NCBI RefSeq assembly: GCF_023055435.1
Contig: NW_025964001.1
Span: forward strand, 10,044,001 to 10,108,000
Source: Haliotis rufescens
Lineage: Eukaryota
Length of the DNA stretch: 64,000 nucleotides
Reading direction: 5' to 3'
Shown: one piece after another, positions 42,262 to 55,732 of the stretch
How positions within the stretch are numbered: position 1 is the first letter of the stretch
How the letters are laid out: every line of letters starts with the position of its first letter
Made by a program: the position numbers and the translations under genes
The notes under the pieces: model-generated
Databases searched by the model: none
Told to the model about the DNA's origin: nothing
What the model saw: the letters and a program-made list of their open reading frames with translations, nothing else

Positions 42262-45200
42262 CTGAGAAATATACTTTGTTATTGTTCTTACCGTATTCGA
42301 CTAATAAGCGCCCACGGAGATATTTGCTAATATATTGGCTAGTGAACAAACCCAATTAGCACCCCTTCCGATTGATCAATGTACACAAGACTTATTTATT
42401 CGCGTATAATACACACTTGTGTGTTATATGCACCCTTAATTATGGGCAAATAAATTCTGGAAGAACATATCTGTCGTATATAAACATTTCAGGCTGTCAG
42501 CATAAACCACAAAACTTTTCTTTTAACTCTGTTTGTTTCACCAAAATAATATTCTAATAAGAGCCCCCTATTTCTTATTTTGAGAGCGCCCGGGGCGCTT
42601 ATTACGTCGAATACGGTATTCTTATTTTCATATTGTATGATGTCTTGAAAAAGTCAATTTCAGAAACAGTAAAAAGAATCAAGAAAGAACATAACCAGTA
42701 GAAACAACAAGAAACAACATAACCAGTAGAAACAACTTCATGTGGTAAAAAAAAAGAAATCTGAAACCAATTCCCCTGTATGAAAGTCAGCTTATTGTAC
42801 AGAATGACTGAAGATGTGCAGAGTTGTGTCCCCTACCTAACAATATTCATTTTATCCTAGGTGTGTCTCAACCAAGCTTGAGGATATCAGTTTCTTTAAA
42901 GTTTAATGACCTGCATTATTTTGACTCTTCCCCTAATGTAAGTGAAATACTGTTCAAAGTGGCATAAAAACCGCAGACTGTATGATCTTTGACCGAAGTC
43001 ACTCACTATAAATCAGCGTAAGTTGGGTTTAAAGCCACTTTTAACAGTATTTACCTCACATCACTGCATGTCAGCTAAATGTGGGAGGAAAGCTCGAAGT
43101 GATGCAGGTCCTAAACTTTTACCACTTTGGTGAAACTCACAAGCATAGGAATCAAACCAAGTTTTTGTTTGTTTGTCGTTTAACGCCGCACTCGGCAATA
43201 TTCCAGCTATATGACGGCCGTCTATAAATAATCAAGTCTGGACCAGATAATCCAGTGATTGACATCATGAGCATCAATCCAGGCAATTAGGATACGATGA
43301 CATGTATAAAGTATACTATAAACCAAGTCAGCGGGCCTGACCACCTGATCCTGTTAGTCCCCTCTTACTGTCAAATCAAGTATCATAATCATAAGATATA
43401 ATAATCATAAGATCCTGGCATGCCAAAGGGACACAATTCTGCACAGTAGACTTGCACATTAGTTTCCTGAACCAGCAGTACCCTATAAAATAAATTAGAA
43501 TTATCTAATATTCATCTGAGATGATAAGAGATTAAATAGCTTTCACTGACAGAAGGAATACATTCATATTTCCTTGCACATTGTTTTACCTTGTTCAGGC
43601 CATCCAGCAACAAACAAGTGTTCTGGCAGCTTATTGTGGTCACAGAAAAACACTATTGTATTTTGTAATACAGTCAAACACTGTAGTGTCGAACTTTCGT
43701 TTGTCTCGAAGTAAAAGTTTGGTCCTGCGTATTCCTTCTTTATTTATCATTTTCAGTTGTGTTGAACCTTGTATAACGTGAAATATTTATGTAGGTCCTT
43801 CAACTTTGACACAACGGTATTTGACTTACTTCTTTTTGGTCAATAACAATTAATTTCAGAAACGCTGGAATATTATTTTCAACTGAATGTAATGATGAAA
43901 CATGTAAGGAAATGATGACTGGTGTTGTATATCCCTAATCTCATTGATGTAATGTTTCACGGTGTGTTACTGTGTTGCAAACATGAACAATATGAAATTG
44001 ATGGAACATTCCCACCTTTGAACTAGTGTCCTGGACAAAGCTACATCTCATGCCATAATAATGTTTGGAGTTTGGGAAGTGTACAAAGGGGAGGTAATAT
44101 TCTGATATGGTAGAATTGTCTCCCTTTGACCATTTCTGGCACACACTCATCAACATACATTTAGTAATATCCAAGCACTTTCTCACCAAGGCAAACAGAA
44201 AGATGGGCTTTCTCTCATTGTAGCCATCCATTGCTCTTAGATGTGTAAAACAGATCTAACTGTTGAATTGCATTTGTCAATGGTGCCATATTCACTGAAA
44301 TAAACACCTCTACTAGTCCTTATTATCATCTATACCAGTCTTACAGTCACTGCTACAAGTTTCAACAGTATCCTCTACTAGTCCAAACAGTTACTGCTAC
44401 TACTGGTACTTCTAACAGTCATGACTACTAGAGCTGGGACGAGTACCTCGGGTACTCGGGGTCAGGTGGGTACTGAGTAGTACATGGGTACCCAAAGAAC
44501 TACCCGGACCCGTGGTAACTCACATGATATATTGCTTCATGACAAAAATGATCTAGAACTCCATGGTTACTATACACTATATGTCACAAACATTTATATA
44601 TTTGAATAAAGATAAAGTTTCAGTCAACTAGTGTATGCATGACCGGATCATTTTCTAGTGTACCTAAATACTTTTTGCCAGATTTATGGTCAAACAATTC
44701 CCAATCGGACATTTTGTACCCATCTCTTGGAGACCTACAGCGGCTACGCAGGATGGGTACCCGGGTTGTAAATTTGGACCTGTCCCATCCCTAAGTTCTA
44801 CTAGTCTAACAGTCACCTCCCCTACTCTAAGGACTACTGGGACTGAGTGGTCAGGTTTGCTGATCTGCTTGATGCATGTCATTAAGGGCTGGGATGGGTA
44901 ACTAGGGTCGGGTGGGTACTGAGTAAGACCCGGGTTGGACTACCCGGACCCATGGTTAGTCACGTGATTACATTGTTTAATGGCAAAAATCTAGAACTCT
45001 ATATGTTGACAAATGTTCACATTTCTTTCTGACTATGCACAAATTCCGTCTGACTTTATATGTTTGAATTAATATAAAACTTCAGTGTCTGCATGACCAG
45101 ATCGGTATATACGTGAAACTAAATACATTTTGACAAGAGTACGGTCAAACATTTCCCAATCAGACATTTTGTACCTATCTCTTAGGACCTACAGTGGGTA

Positions 45201-47921
45201 GATGGGTAGGGTCGGGTAATAGTGGGGTTGGTACCCGGGTAGTAAACTCATCCCAGCCATAATGTCATTCTATCCGAATTGCGCTGATCGATGTTAATGA
45301 TGTCACTACTGGATTGTCTGGTCCAGATTAGATTATTTACAGACTGACGTCATATAGCTGGAAAAAAGCAACCAACAAACAAACAAAACTGCTCCTAACA
45401 GTCACCTCTACTCGTCCAATCACGGTATCCCCTCTACTGGCCTCCTACTCACCATTGCCTTTATACAGACTGAGGTCCTGAATGACGAGCTGCAGCAGCC
45501 CCTTGTGCATGTTGTTGATGTGAGTATCGCCAGGCAGCTTACAGGGAGGCTTCAAGAAAACAACACATTCATTTCAAATTAAATTAACGGCCTTGGCAAG
45601 TAAATTTTAACAAATATAGGTTCATTTTATTCATCCAAAATAAATTTCTACAGCTAAATATGATATTTACCCAGAATCATAATCTAAATGCAATTATATT
45701 CTGTTATGTCATATTTCTTCTTACTTGTTTCAAAACACAGCAAAGAAGTTAAATGTTGAAATGTTTCAAGATTTCATTAACATTGATAAGAAAACCATGT
45801 AAATTAATCCAGTGCAAGTAATTTCAGAATTTAATTCTCACGAATCAGCATAAACTCACTCAACCACACAAAAAATCTCAACTAAGTAGAATCAAGGGAG
45901 GTAACTCACGGTAGCTATGTGCACCCTCTCCAGGTTGATTCTGACTGCAAGGGGGAGGTTACTGTGAGCGGACACTGGGCGGCTGGTGGGGGTGGGAGCT
46001 GGCGAGGGATCAGATGCGGCAGTCACTGGCTGGATTGATGGGGTGTCCTCCACTTCTATCTTCGGGGCAACAAACACTTGTGTGCCACCTGCAATACCAA
46101 TAAAACAAAGTTGATCAACTTACAGATCATGTTTACTGTTGTGACATCTAATAAGAGCATGTCAGTAATGAGATCAGGCCAAAAGAAACTGATTATTTGT
46201 TCTTCAGATTTCTTTTCCAAAGTGAGGACAAGGAGGAAGACATTGATGGATTTAAAAGAGTTTGATATTTTCTGTTGCCAGATTGTTACGAGGGTCGATT
46301 GATAAGCTCTGAGCCACATTGTGTATTCTGAGCCACACATAGAAGGAATTGGGTATTAGTGAAAGCTTTTGTTGTGGACATTAACATGATGTCATAGGGG
46401 TATATCCACCAAAACTTCAGTCAATTGAGCAAATTTATTTTGCTGTAACAAGTCTGTAAAATAAAGCAGCGGTTTGAGACCTTTGGAAAATGGACAAACT
46501 TGAAGAATGTGCAGTAATTCTGCACATTCAAAGAAAATATTTCTCTGTGACTGTTTCTCTTTTGAACTGATTTTACATAGGAATATATACTAAATATTAC
46601 TAATTTGCCTCATTGAAATACTTCTATGTTCTCTCTGTGAGACTTGGTTTATACAAGATTCAAGTTCAAGGTTCAAGAGGTTTTATTGTACTTAAGGCCT
46701 CTGGCCCATATACAAAACAAGAGTACAAAGAGATAATAACTGAGTACAACACAGCTTGTTTATACATTGTTGTTATGTGAAAAAATATATTTAACAATCC
46801 GTGCAGCAGGCCAAATTTTCTTTCATAGGCCAGTCAGTACCCTCCAGTTGAACCACCTCCTGCATGTAGTTCTGTGCTTGCATCTCTGTACAATTAGTAA
46901 CATCCATCAGGTATAAGGTAAATGTAGATTTCACCTGGGCACGGTTTAGTAAGAATATGGCTGAGGTACTTCTCATAAACAAGCCTCAAACATGGTCCAA
47001 GGTATCCCCAGGAATGTCTAGCCTGCTACACTGGTTTGGAGAGATTGTAACCACACATACTGTTGCGGACAAAATGTAATGTAATAAATCTGTACATGGA
47101 TGTATTATATACTCTTTGCCAAAAGAAACGCGAACCATAGAAACATAATATTATAGAGAAGTATGTACGTTAAGAATAGATGTTTCCAATGTGTACAGCT
47201 TAATGCCAAAACTAACAATCAGTTAAATGTTACCACAGAGTGTCTTCATTCACCATGTATGGTGTTCACGTTTCTTTTGTCGGTGAGTATATATCCTTGG
47301 TCATTGTTATAGTTTTCAAGAAATTTAATTCAAGATAATGTAATCCTTCCCGGCTAACATCTGATCATCATGGCAAATTGAATGAAGCGGCTACTCACAT
47401 GACTCATACCACAGGTACTTGGCCTTCTTCCTGAGTTCCCCATCATCTCGACATCGGTCCAGGTCCTGCAAACCATTCTCTACTTTCAGCTTTAGTTTGA
47501 ACAGTTTTGCCAGTTCTGTATTTAACAAAGTCACTCGAGTTTCCAGCTCTTCTAACCGGTTTTCATCAAAATCTTTTGATTTATGTGACCTCGTCTTCAC
47601 TCCATTCCTATTCAGCTCTGCAATCACAGCCAATAATTCAATCATTGGAATTTCTAAAATGTCACAGTTGGCATCAAAATCCATTTCATTTCCACTCTGT
47701 CTCCCTGCTTCGACTAAACGTAGAGTCAGAGTTCTCAATTTTTCTTTTATCTGTTCATTTTCTGTTTGAAGTGTTGTCACTTGTTCCCTGAGTTGTGAGG
47801 TCTCCTTGTTGAGATCATCAAGATGTTTAGAGTTACTGCCCCTGGATGAAGGTCGCGAACTTGTCTTTGATTTGCTCTTTGTTGATTCCCTTTTAGGTGA
47901 GCTTACTTTTGTTGCTGACAT
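42041..47921 (-). CDS. Coiled-coil plus C-terminal death-domain protein, 4 coding exons, about 339 aa (gene span)
   Basis: Exons 47921-47399, 46088-45910, 45549-45453 and 42261-42041 join in phase with GTGAGT donors; death-like LSLYKGNGADWRLMAERVGV...W....GATVRMLHRHL. Confidence 0.8.
42291..42616. mobile_element. Tc1/pogo-type MITE (CCGTATTCGACG family)
   Basis: TIRs with TA flanks. Confidence 0.85.
43165..43370 (-). mobile_element. SINE-like family B, 5'-truncated, nested in a family C SINE remnant
   Basis: Homology; family C pieces at about 43020-43150 and 43410-43450. Confidence 0.65.
44429..44794. mobile_element. hAT-type MITE (diverged)
   Basis: Homology to 3980-4391. Confidence 0.75.
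44884..45261. mobile_element. hAT-type MITE inserted in a family B retroposon
   Basis: 8-bp TSD ATGTCATT; host pieces at 44845-44883 and 45262-45390. Confidence 0.8.
45453..45549 (-). CDS. Death-domain gene exon 3 (PPCKLPGDTHINNMHKGLLQLVIQDLSLYKGN)
   Basis: ttttcttgaag|...G|gtgagt, phase 0-1. Confidence 0.75.
45910..46088 (-). CDS. Death-domain gene exon 2 (Pro/Thr linker)
   Basis: ttgcag|...ACC|gtgagt, phase 1-0. Confidence 0.78.
47110..47289. mobile_element. Tc1-type MITE
   Basis: TIR TACTC..TGCCAAAAGAAACG.GAAC / GTTCACGTTTCTTTTGTCGGTGAGTA with TA flanks. Confidence 0.7.
47399..47921 (-). CDS. Death-domain gene coding exon 1 (coiled coil)
   Basis: ORF 47391-47921; acceptor near 47958; donor gtgagt. 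Confidence 0.8.
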
Positions 47922-48024
47922 CTTTGATTTTTACAGTTTCACACATTACTCAACTATCTGAAACATGAAGAATAAAACATTCAGAGGCTGATGATACACA
48001 TACAAACCACACTGATAACATCAT

Positions 48025-48294
48025 TGGTTGGTTGGTTGGTTTGTTGTTTAACGCCGCACTAAGCAATATTCCAGCTATATGACGGCGGTCTGTAAATAAT
48101 CAAGTCTGGACCAGACAATCCAGTGATTGATATCATGAGCATCGATCCACGCAATTGGGATCGATAACATGTATCAACCAAGTCAGCAAGCCTGACCACC
48201 CGATCCCATTAGTCGCCTTTTACGACAAGCATAGTCGCCTTTTACGGCAAGCATGAGTTGGTGAAGACCTATTCTACCCCGGAATCTTCACGGG
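48025..48294 (-). mobile_element. SINE-like family B, full length
   Basis: 13-bp TSD ACTGATAACATCA. Confidence 0.85.
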
Positions 48295-48356
48295 TTACTG
48301 ATAACATCAAACAATGAGATGAGGAATGTAACAATATATATCAAACTATCAATGCA

Positions 48357-48520
48357 CAATAAACTACGTTTATAATGAACTCAAAGGGACCACTAATTTT
48401 AGTTTGTAATAACTGTAGTTCGTTTTAAGCATATATACAGCAAATGGCTTGGACTAAAAAAAAAGTTTGTTATATCGGTCAGTTTGTTATAAGCTTGTTT
48501 GTTATAAACATAGTTTACTG
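48357..48520. mobile_element. Tc1/pogo-type MITE (29048 family, CpG-decayed)
   Basis: Homology to 29048-29222. Confidence 0.7.
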
Positions 48521-50284
48521 TATTGCAATTGTTTGCCCAATTCTATCATATCAAAAGGAATTGTAAATGCCAATGGTCCTGTCGATGGTATGCATTGTAA
48601 TCGATAGTTTCAGTCACAATGAGTTTGTTATTAATTACACATACTATATGCATGTATCCTGGAACATGAACACTATATTTCCTTTTCACAATTTATTTTA
48701 ATTATTAATTATTATCTGATTACAAACTGTTACTGATAATTATTTTAACTTGTCATACAAAGTCTGTTTATATTACCACAACTTGGACATTCCACATCAA
48801 GTGTATTACATTTTTCCAATCAGTTTTATGATCATGACATTTTCAGCCTAATGGTATATGGTAATACGCACTGACACTCCCTCTGACTTAGTTTCGTATC
48901 CCAAATCTCAGGTACAGCTCAATTCAATAGCTCAATCTAGCCTAAATCAATAACCATGATAACCCCAAACCAACAAACTTACTACCAGTTATAAATCATT
49001 ACGTGAATCATTCAGTGATCTTCAGTGTTAAAACGAACTTCAAACACCCCCGTGTAATGTGCTCTATCATTAACACCTGTCATGTTTATAACCATCTTCG
49101 TCAGTTTATGGTACAAATGTTATCTTGACGACTAGTATTGGTAACACATGTCTCTAGTAAACCTCTCTTGTCAATATTTAACTGGAGACATGCCTTTATC
49201 TTGTACCTTGGAATTTAATTCCATACAGTGGACCATTGAATTTGGCTGTTTGTCTCTGCGATCAGTCAGTGTAGGTACATATTTGCACCGGACAAAAATA
49301 ATTTCGACAGAACTGAAACCCAAATATTACACATGTGCAATCTGTGGGACTGCATTTTCTGCCAAGCAAATAAATAATATTTTGTTGGATTAAGGCCACA
49401 TAACAAATTTTTTATTTCTAATCACTGAGAAACCCCAAACATTGTCCTGACCATATTTTTTTCTCTCCTCATAATAAATTCAGTTCTGGCTCTGCATGTC
49501 CATGGGTATTAACGAATTCCAAAGTTTCACTTTTTGATGCAACCCATTCAAACAACTACTATGAGGTTAAGCTAGATTAAATGTACCATGTACTTGACTC
49601 TGGCTTCAGACTAGTGGCTTTAGCCTGTATCTAATATACAATGTTATTGTTCTAGCTGGTTATTGAGAAAGGTCTTGTTCGTGTTCTTGGAATTTGATTG
49701 TCAAATTGTTTCAAGAATCGCACCAACATTGAATATTTTGCATCCCTTTTGCACAACACAAATGACAATGCTAAATGTCAAAGCCATGCAATGACACAAA
49801 CAACAATAGATACACAAGTCTCTCGTCTCTTAACCACTTCCCCTCGATAACATACTCCACGAATAATCTTCTAAATCTACTGTTGCTCATATCAGGTAAA
49901 CTGCTGTCTAACCCACTGCTGGGAAACCCAGAGTAACGCATCAATCTCTGGTCGACCTTTGTGACATTTCAAGACCTTTCAGTGACCTCTTCTGTTTATT
50001 CAGCTATCATGGAGTAGTAAAGCCGCAATCAGATTTGTGTGCTTGAGTGTTTTAGTGCTCTGTGCGGCAATTTGTCATCTTTCTACCAGGGAGATCTCAT
50101 TAGGACAAGCAGAGTGTATAACTGATCGATAAACAACTCAAAGACCTCTCAGGAATTAAATCTTAAATCAAGATAGATTATTTTAACATTGCAGCAACAG
50201 TGCTTGTTGTCAAGTCATTTTTTAAATTCATGGAATCAGTTACATGACCAATCTGTAGTACTTCAGTCAGCAATATTCCAGCTA

Positions 50285-50656
50285 CCATATTCGACGCAAT
50301 AAGCGCCCAGGGCGCTCTCAAAATTAGAAATAGGGGGCTCTTATTAGAATATAATTTTGGTGAGAAAAAAAAACGAGTTGAAAGATTGTAAATTTCATAG
50401 TTGATGCTGACAGCCTGAAATGGTACAAAAGAAAAGTCTGTGCGTATTATACACGACAGATATATTTTACAGAATTTAATCGCCAATAATTAAAGGTGCA
50501 TGTAACACACGAGTGCGTATTATACACGAATAAATAAGTCTTGTGTACATTGATCAATTAGAAGGGGTGCTAATTGGGATTGTTCACTAGCCAATATATT
50601 TGCAAATATCGCTGTGGGCGCTTATTAGAGCGGGGCGCTTATTACGTCGAATACGG
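50285..50656. mobile_element. Tc1/pogo-type MITE (CCGTATTCGACG family)
   Basis: TIRs with TA flanks. Confidence 0.85.
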
Positions 50657-50705
50657 TATATCAGGTCATTCCTAATCAAGTCAGGGCCAGGCACACTAGT
50701 GACTG

Positions 50706-51018
50706 ATTTGTTTGTTGTTTTACACCTCACTCAGCAATATTCCAGCTATATGACGGTGATCTGTAAATAATCGTGTCTGGACCAGACAATCCAGTAATCG
50801 ACATCATGAGCATCGATCCACGCAATTGGGATACGATGACATGCATCAACCAAGTCAGCGAGTTTGACCACCCGATCCCGCTAGTCGCCTCTTACGACAA
50901 GCAAAGTCGCCTTTTAAGGCAAGCATGGGTTGCTGAAGACCTATTCTACCCCGGATCTTCACGTGTCTCACGGCAAGCATGGGTTGCTGAAGACCTATTC
51001 TAGCCCGCATCTTCACAT
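50706..51018 (-). mobile_element. SINE-like family B with a duplicated 5' end
   Basis: The 5' segment ggcaagcatgggttgctgaagacctattcta..cttcac occurs twice. Confidence 0.75.
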
Positions 51019-51068
51019 GATACATGCATCATGACACCAACTTATTGTGACACAAACCAAACCCAGCT

Positions 51069-51347
51069 GGGGGGCACAGTTGGCCCAGTCGTCTAAGGCG
51101 CCGCGATTCGCTGTGCAGAGTTGCGTCCATTGGGCACGCCAGAAACCTATGATTGTGGGTTCGAATCCCGGTTCGCCCCGATTATGTTTCTAGGTTTGTC
51201 AGCACCATACCCGTGCTCATGGGTTTCACCGAAGTGGTAAACGTCTGAGACCTGCATCACTTCAGGCTTTCCTTCCACATTAAGCTGACACGCTGTGATA
51301 TGACTGGAATACTGTTAAAAGCAGCGTTAAACCCAACTCACTCACTT
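51069..51347 (+). mobile_element. tRNA-derived SINE family C, full length
   Basis: TGGCCCAGTCGTCTAAGGCG (tRNA-Leu-like A box), GGTTCGAATCC B box, TSD ACCCAGCT. Confidence 0.85.
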
Positions 51348-52061
51348 ACCCAGCTTTTCATACAATCCAATGAAAATGGTGGCTGAAATGTATGGCTGGC
51401 TGAGTTGGGAACAAAATGTCTGATTAGTAATTGTTTTACCCCAGCCCTGGCCAAAATTATTTAGATACATGTATCAAACGAACAGATCATGCGTACACTG
51501 AAGTTGAATGAAGTTTTATCTTTACTCAAATACATACAAGTCAGAAGGAATGTGTGCATCGTCCGAAAGAAATGTGAACATTAGCGACTTGTAGTTTTGA
51601 TAATTTTTTAATAATTTAAAAAGACTTGATTCATGAAAATAGAATAAAATAAAGTCTCTTAGTAGTGTTTACATATTTTCGGTATTTAAAGCCACAGCTT
51701 AATTTTGGAGGAACTATTCAGTCCTATGAGGTGTTGAATCTAGTTATAAGGACCTGTGCTTAAATCCATGCATTCCCAGTAATCTTACCATATATAACCC
51801 ATTTTATTTTTTTGCATATTTAACATTTGGTTCTAATGCATGCTCACATACAAAGCATGTTGAAAGACAACCCAGAAAACAGCCTTATTCATTGACACAC
51901 TCCACCAATCATGTCAACCCTTGACATAGCCTTTTGTTGATGCCCAATATATTGGCACAGGGCAACATCAGGGGTGAATCAGATAGACCTCACACAAAAC
52001 AACTTAAAACGCTTGGAAATCTGATCCTGCATCTATAAATCACAAAGGATACAGTATTATA

Positions 52062-52373
52062 CCGTATTCGACGTAATAAGCGCCCAGGGCGGTCTCACAA
52101 TTAGAAGTATAGGGCTCTAATTAGCATATTATTTTGGTGAAAGATAAATTTCCTGGTTTATGCTGACAACCTGAAATGTTTATATACGACAAATATATTT
52201 TAAAAAAATGTGATTGCCCATAATTAAGGGTGATTATAACACACAAGTGTTTATTATACGCGAATAAAAAAGTCTTGTGTACATTGATCAATCGGAAGAG
52301 GTGCTAATTAGGATAGTTCACTAACCAATATACCATCAAATATCGCTGTGGGCGCTTATTACGTCGAATACGG
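52062..52373. mobile_element. Tc1/pogo-type MITE (CCGTATTCGACG family)
   Basis: Perfect TIRs with TA flanks. Confidence 0.85.
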
Positions 52374-53016
52374 TAATAACGGAATCACATTTCCCATGAA
52401 AGTAAACCCACTCTGTTGTTAACTGCTACAGCTAACCTCCAGACTGCAACTTTTCAGACAATAGTCTAGATCCCATTTCCTAATATTGCGATTTATAATT
52501 ATATGTAGACACTGTGTGAAAATTGGACCTTGTTTCTTTGTAATCAGGATAATTGGTAGCTGCTGAATTTGATTAGTAGACAAAGTGGGTTTGAATGACT
52601 ACAATCAAATTTCCTGGGACTGGCAATTGGACTGAACATAGCGCCTCCTTTAATTAGTCATCATTTCTTAATTTTCTAATTTTGACTAACTGGGCTCGAT
52701 CCAAGGGCCAATCACAACACTCAATCGTATTTGTAATTTGTATAATATATTATTTCATTTCCTTATTCAGTCTTCAATCGATTATGAAAATAAAAAGATA
52801 CTGCTACAAAATACACTGAGGAAAACAACTGTTATGTCTCTAAATGACTGACGCACAATGTGACCTCTTGTTACTGCAAACACTAAATATACAAAGCAAA
52901 CCCTTCTCGGACAGCGGTGAATACTTTTCCATGTTATTCTTCACCCTAAATAAATTACTTATTGTTTTGAATCACATAATGTTTTGCCAAATGAATTAAG
53001 AATTATAAGATACTTG

Positions 53017-53329
53017 CAGGGTATGAAACTCCCAAAAATTTCAGCCAGACCACAGGACTGGCTAGCTGAAATACTTGCCAGCCCTGACCAAAACCTGCCT
53101 GCCCACTATAATCATATGTTTCTCAGGATAAGCTAACAGGGTTTCTTTTTGGTTACATTTTATCATTCATCTTTACATGTGAATTAATGCTTATCATCGG
53201 GAAATATTTTGAATATTTTCACATATGAAATATAACCCGACCGTCGGGCAGGGGGATTTGAAAATCTGGCAGCCCGAGTTGAAATCAACCCGTCTCGGAC
53301 GGTCGGGCAGGCGGGTATTTCGAACACTG
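53017..53329. mobile_element. Non-autonomous DNA transposon (CAG..T..GAAA termini), 7-bp TSD ATACTTG
   Basis: Short imperfect TIR, GCCC/GGGC subterminal motifs, flanking direct repeat. Confidence 0.6.
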
Positions 53330-55470
53330 ATACTTGTCTCTCATACAAACTCACACAAACCATGTGTTCCAAGTCTACAAAACATTGGCATTATACATTT
53401 CCTCAGATACGTTTAACTCAGTTGTACCCAAGAGATTTAAATACTTTCATTTTAAAGACTAAATAGTCTAATCAGCATGATCATATACACAAAGGATGGT
53501 GTATGTTTCTAGTATTTGAACATGAGCCAGTCTATGATCTAAGCTGATTTTCTACAGAGATGTTGGCATAACAAGCACATGTCATAAAACTCTGGGTCAA
53601 AGTTTGGTCTTTATCACCATTTCTAGACACAGTAATGTAGATCATCTGTCCACCATTTGCAAAAGATAGAAATAACAAAATACAAATGTTCCATAAATTT
53701 CCTCCCAATATTTCAAAGCCTACTGTACTTGAAAAATTTAAACATTCATCCCCAAAAAACCCTTATCCTATTACATGATGTATTTAATTTCTGCCTAAGT
53801 CTGACATTATGAAATCAGGCTTTGAAATTAAGGGGGTCCTGTGGTCCTTAGAGTATGGTATTTGAATCAAGAGACCCCCTAAATCTTAAATTCTTACCTT
53901 AGGATTGTGTCAAGAACCCCTTAATTTCAAGCTTAATTTCAAACATTTGAATAAGTTTTGCCTTATTTACTTGCAGCAAGTCCTACCAAGCAATACATAC
54001 CCATACATGGTGGCGCTGACACTGTTTACTGGTTGACAGACAACAGTTCCACCTGTGCTATAACTGTTATAATGGCTATTCAACATGTAGAAGCAATTGA
54101 AATATGTGTCCGCTGTGAGCATGGTGAGTGGACTGAAAGGAGTGAATAGAAAACTGGGACTGATTTTTTTCTTTTCTCCGTTGCATTATGTCCAGTTGTG
54201 ATTCAAGCTGTCAGCAGACTAGCTCTTACCTGTACTTAACAAATGTCATACTTGAGAATGTCATATAAACATATTTATTTCCATAAAGTGGAGGGATTGG
54301 CAAACAAGCAAATTTTGCTTATCTGAATGCCTCTCCCAAACATGATACATATACAAATTACAATGTGTTGAAAGTAACATGAGAAATAGCATACATTATA
54401 TAATTGACATCAAAGATAGTTATTGTTCTGTAAGTGTTTAATTACAGGATTATCTCTTGTAACTACAGCTACATTATCATGTACAGCTACGTTATAATTT
54501 ACATCTTGAGAATGTCAAGTCAGCTGTACAATGACTAACTAAAAGGATATTTATCAGAGGTATTATTCCACGTGAAATAACTGATAATGCCAGTGTTTAG
54601 AATCAAGGATGAAAGTCCTGTCGGAATGTAAAAGTTGAACATGTTGGATGACCCTACATTCTAATATTAAAGAAGCAAATAGGGAATAAACCTCAAGGAT
54701 CATTTCAAACAATAACAAATAATGCAAATAGCTTAAAACTGAATTACAGAGGCAGAAGAAAGTATTATGCGACAACAAGTTAAATACTTCTTGTTTTTGC
54801 ATCACTAAATCACCGACCTCTATTCACACAGAATCATCCAATTTTAAACATCAAAAGCAAAGTCCTTGCCAAGAAAGTTGTTGAAAAATCAGGAGTAATT
54901 TGACACTTTGACATAACGCCTGAAATGCTATCCTCCCAAAGTATCAACATACCAAGTCCAAAACAAAACATTAATGGTCCAGTGAGCAGCCATACCTGTT
55001 CCCTTTATCCTCAAGTGGACTAGTCTTACAACTTACAAATACCAAATGGCTGAATGATAAAAACAGAATGATTATTTATTTCCACATGTGAAAATCAACG
55101 AACTAAGAAATGAGGAAGTCTGTTACCTGATATAATCCCAATACACAAGACCCCGATCTTGATAAGGATACAACAACAACTGAAATCAGTGGTGCATGAG
55201 TTTGTACAGGGTGGTCACTAAGCATTGTGGCATGTTGTGCCTGCTGTCAGCCATGAATGGAGGGTCTAAATAAACAGGGCCAAGTACCTGGAACCATGCT
55301 TGAATAAAATAGTAATTAAAATTACATAACAAGGGTAATACTTCAAAACGTCTTAATGAACCACATTATAATCCTGGTTGTAATTAACTATTGTTCATGT
55401 CATTAACCAACCAGTGATTGGCACCATTCACTAACGAGATAATCGTTGAATATAACAATATATTGTAAGG

Positions 55471-55732
55471 TGAGTGAGTTTGGTGTAACACTGCTTTTAA
55501 CAGTATTCCAGTTATATCGCAGCGTGTCAGCTTGGAAGGAAAGCCCGATTTGATGCAGGTCTCAGATGTTTACCACCTAGGTGAAACCCACGAGCACGGG
55601 TATGGTGCTGACAAACCTAAAAACATAATCGGGGTGAACCGGGATTCAAACCCACAATCATAGGTTTCTGACATGCCCAAGGGACGCAACTCTGCACAGT
55701 GAATCGCGGCGACTGGTTTACCCCTGCCCCTG
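55471..55732 (-). mobile_element. tRNA-derived SINE family C
   Basis: TSD TATTGTAAGG; homology to 51069. Confidence 0.8.

Noticed and set aside
42262-42355. N-terminal part of ORF 42041-42355
   Set aside because: Upstream of the splice acceptor; intron and MITE sequence.
43941-44231. 96-aa ORF as an exon of the death-domain gene
   Set aside because: Exons ending at 45453 and starting at 42261 already join in phase within the domain.
46660-47080. Possible LINE 3' end with (TTGAAC)n-like tail
   Set aside because: The tail and AATAAA are suggestive, but I found no recognisable RT motif.
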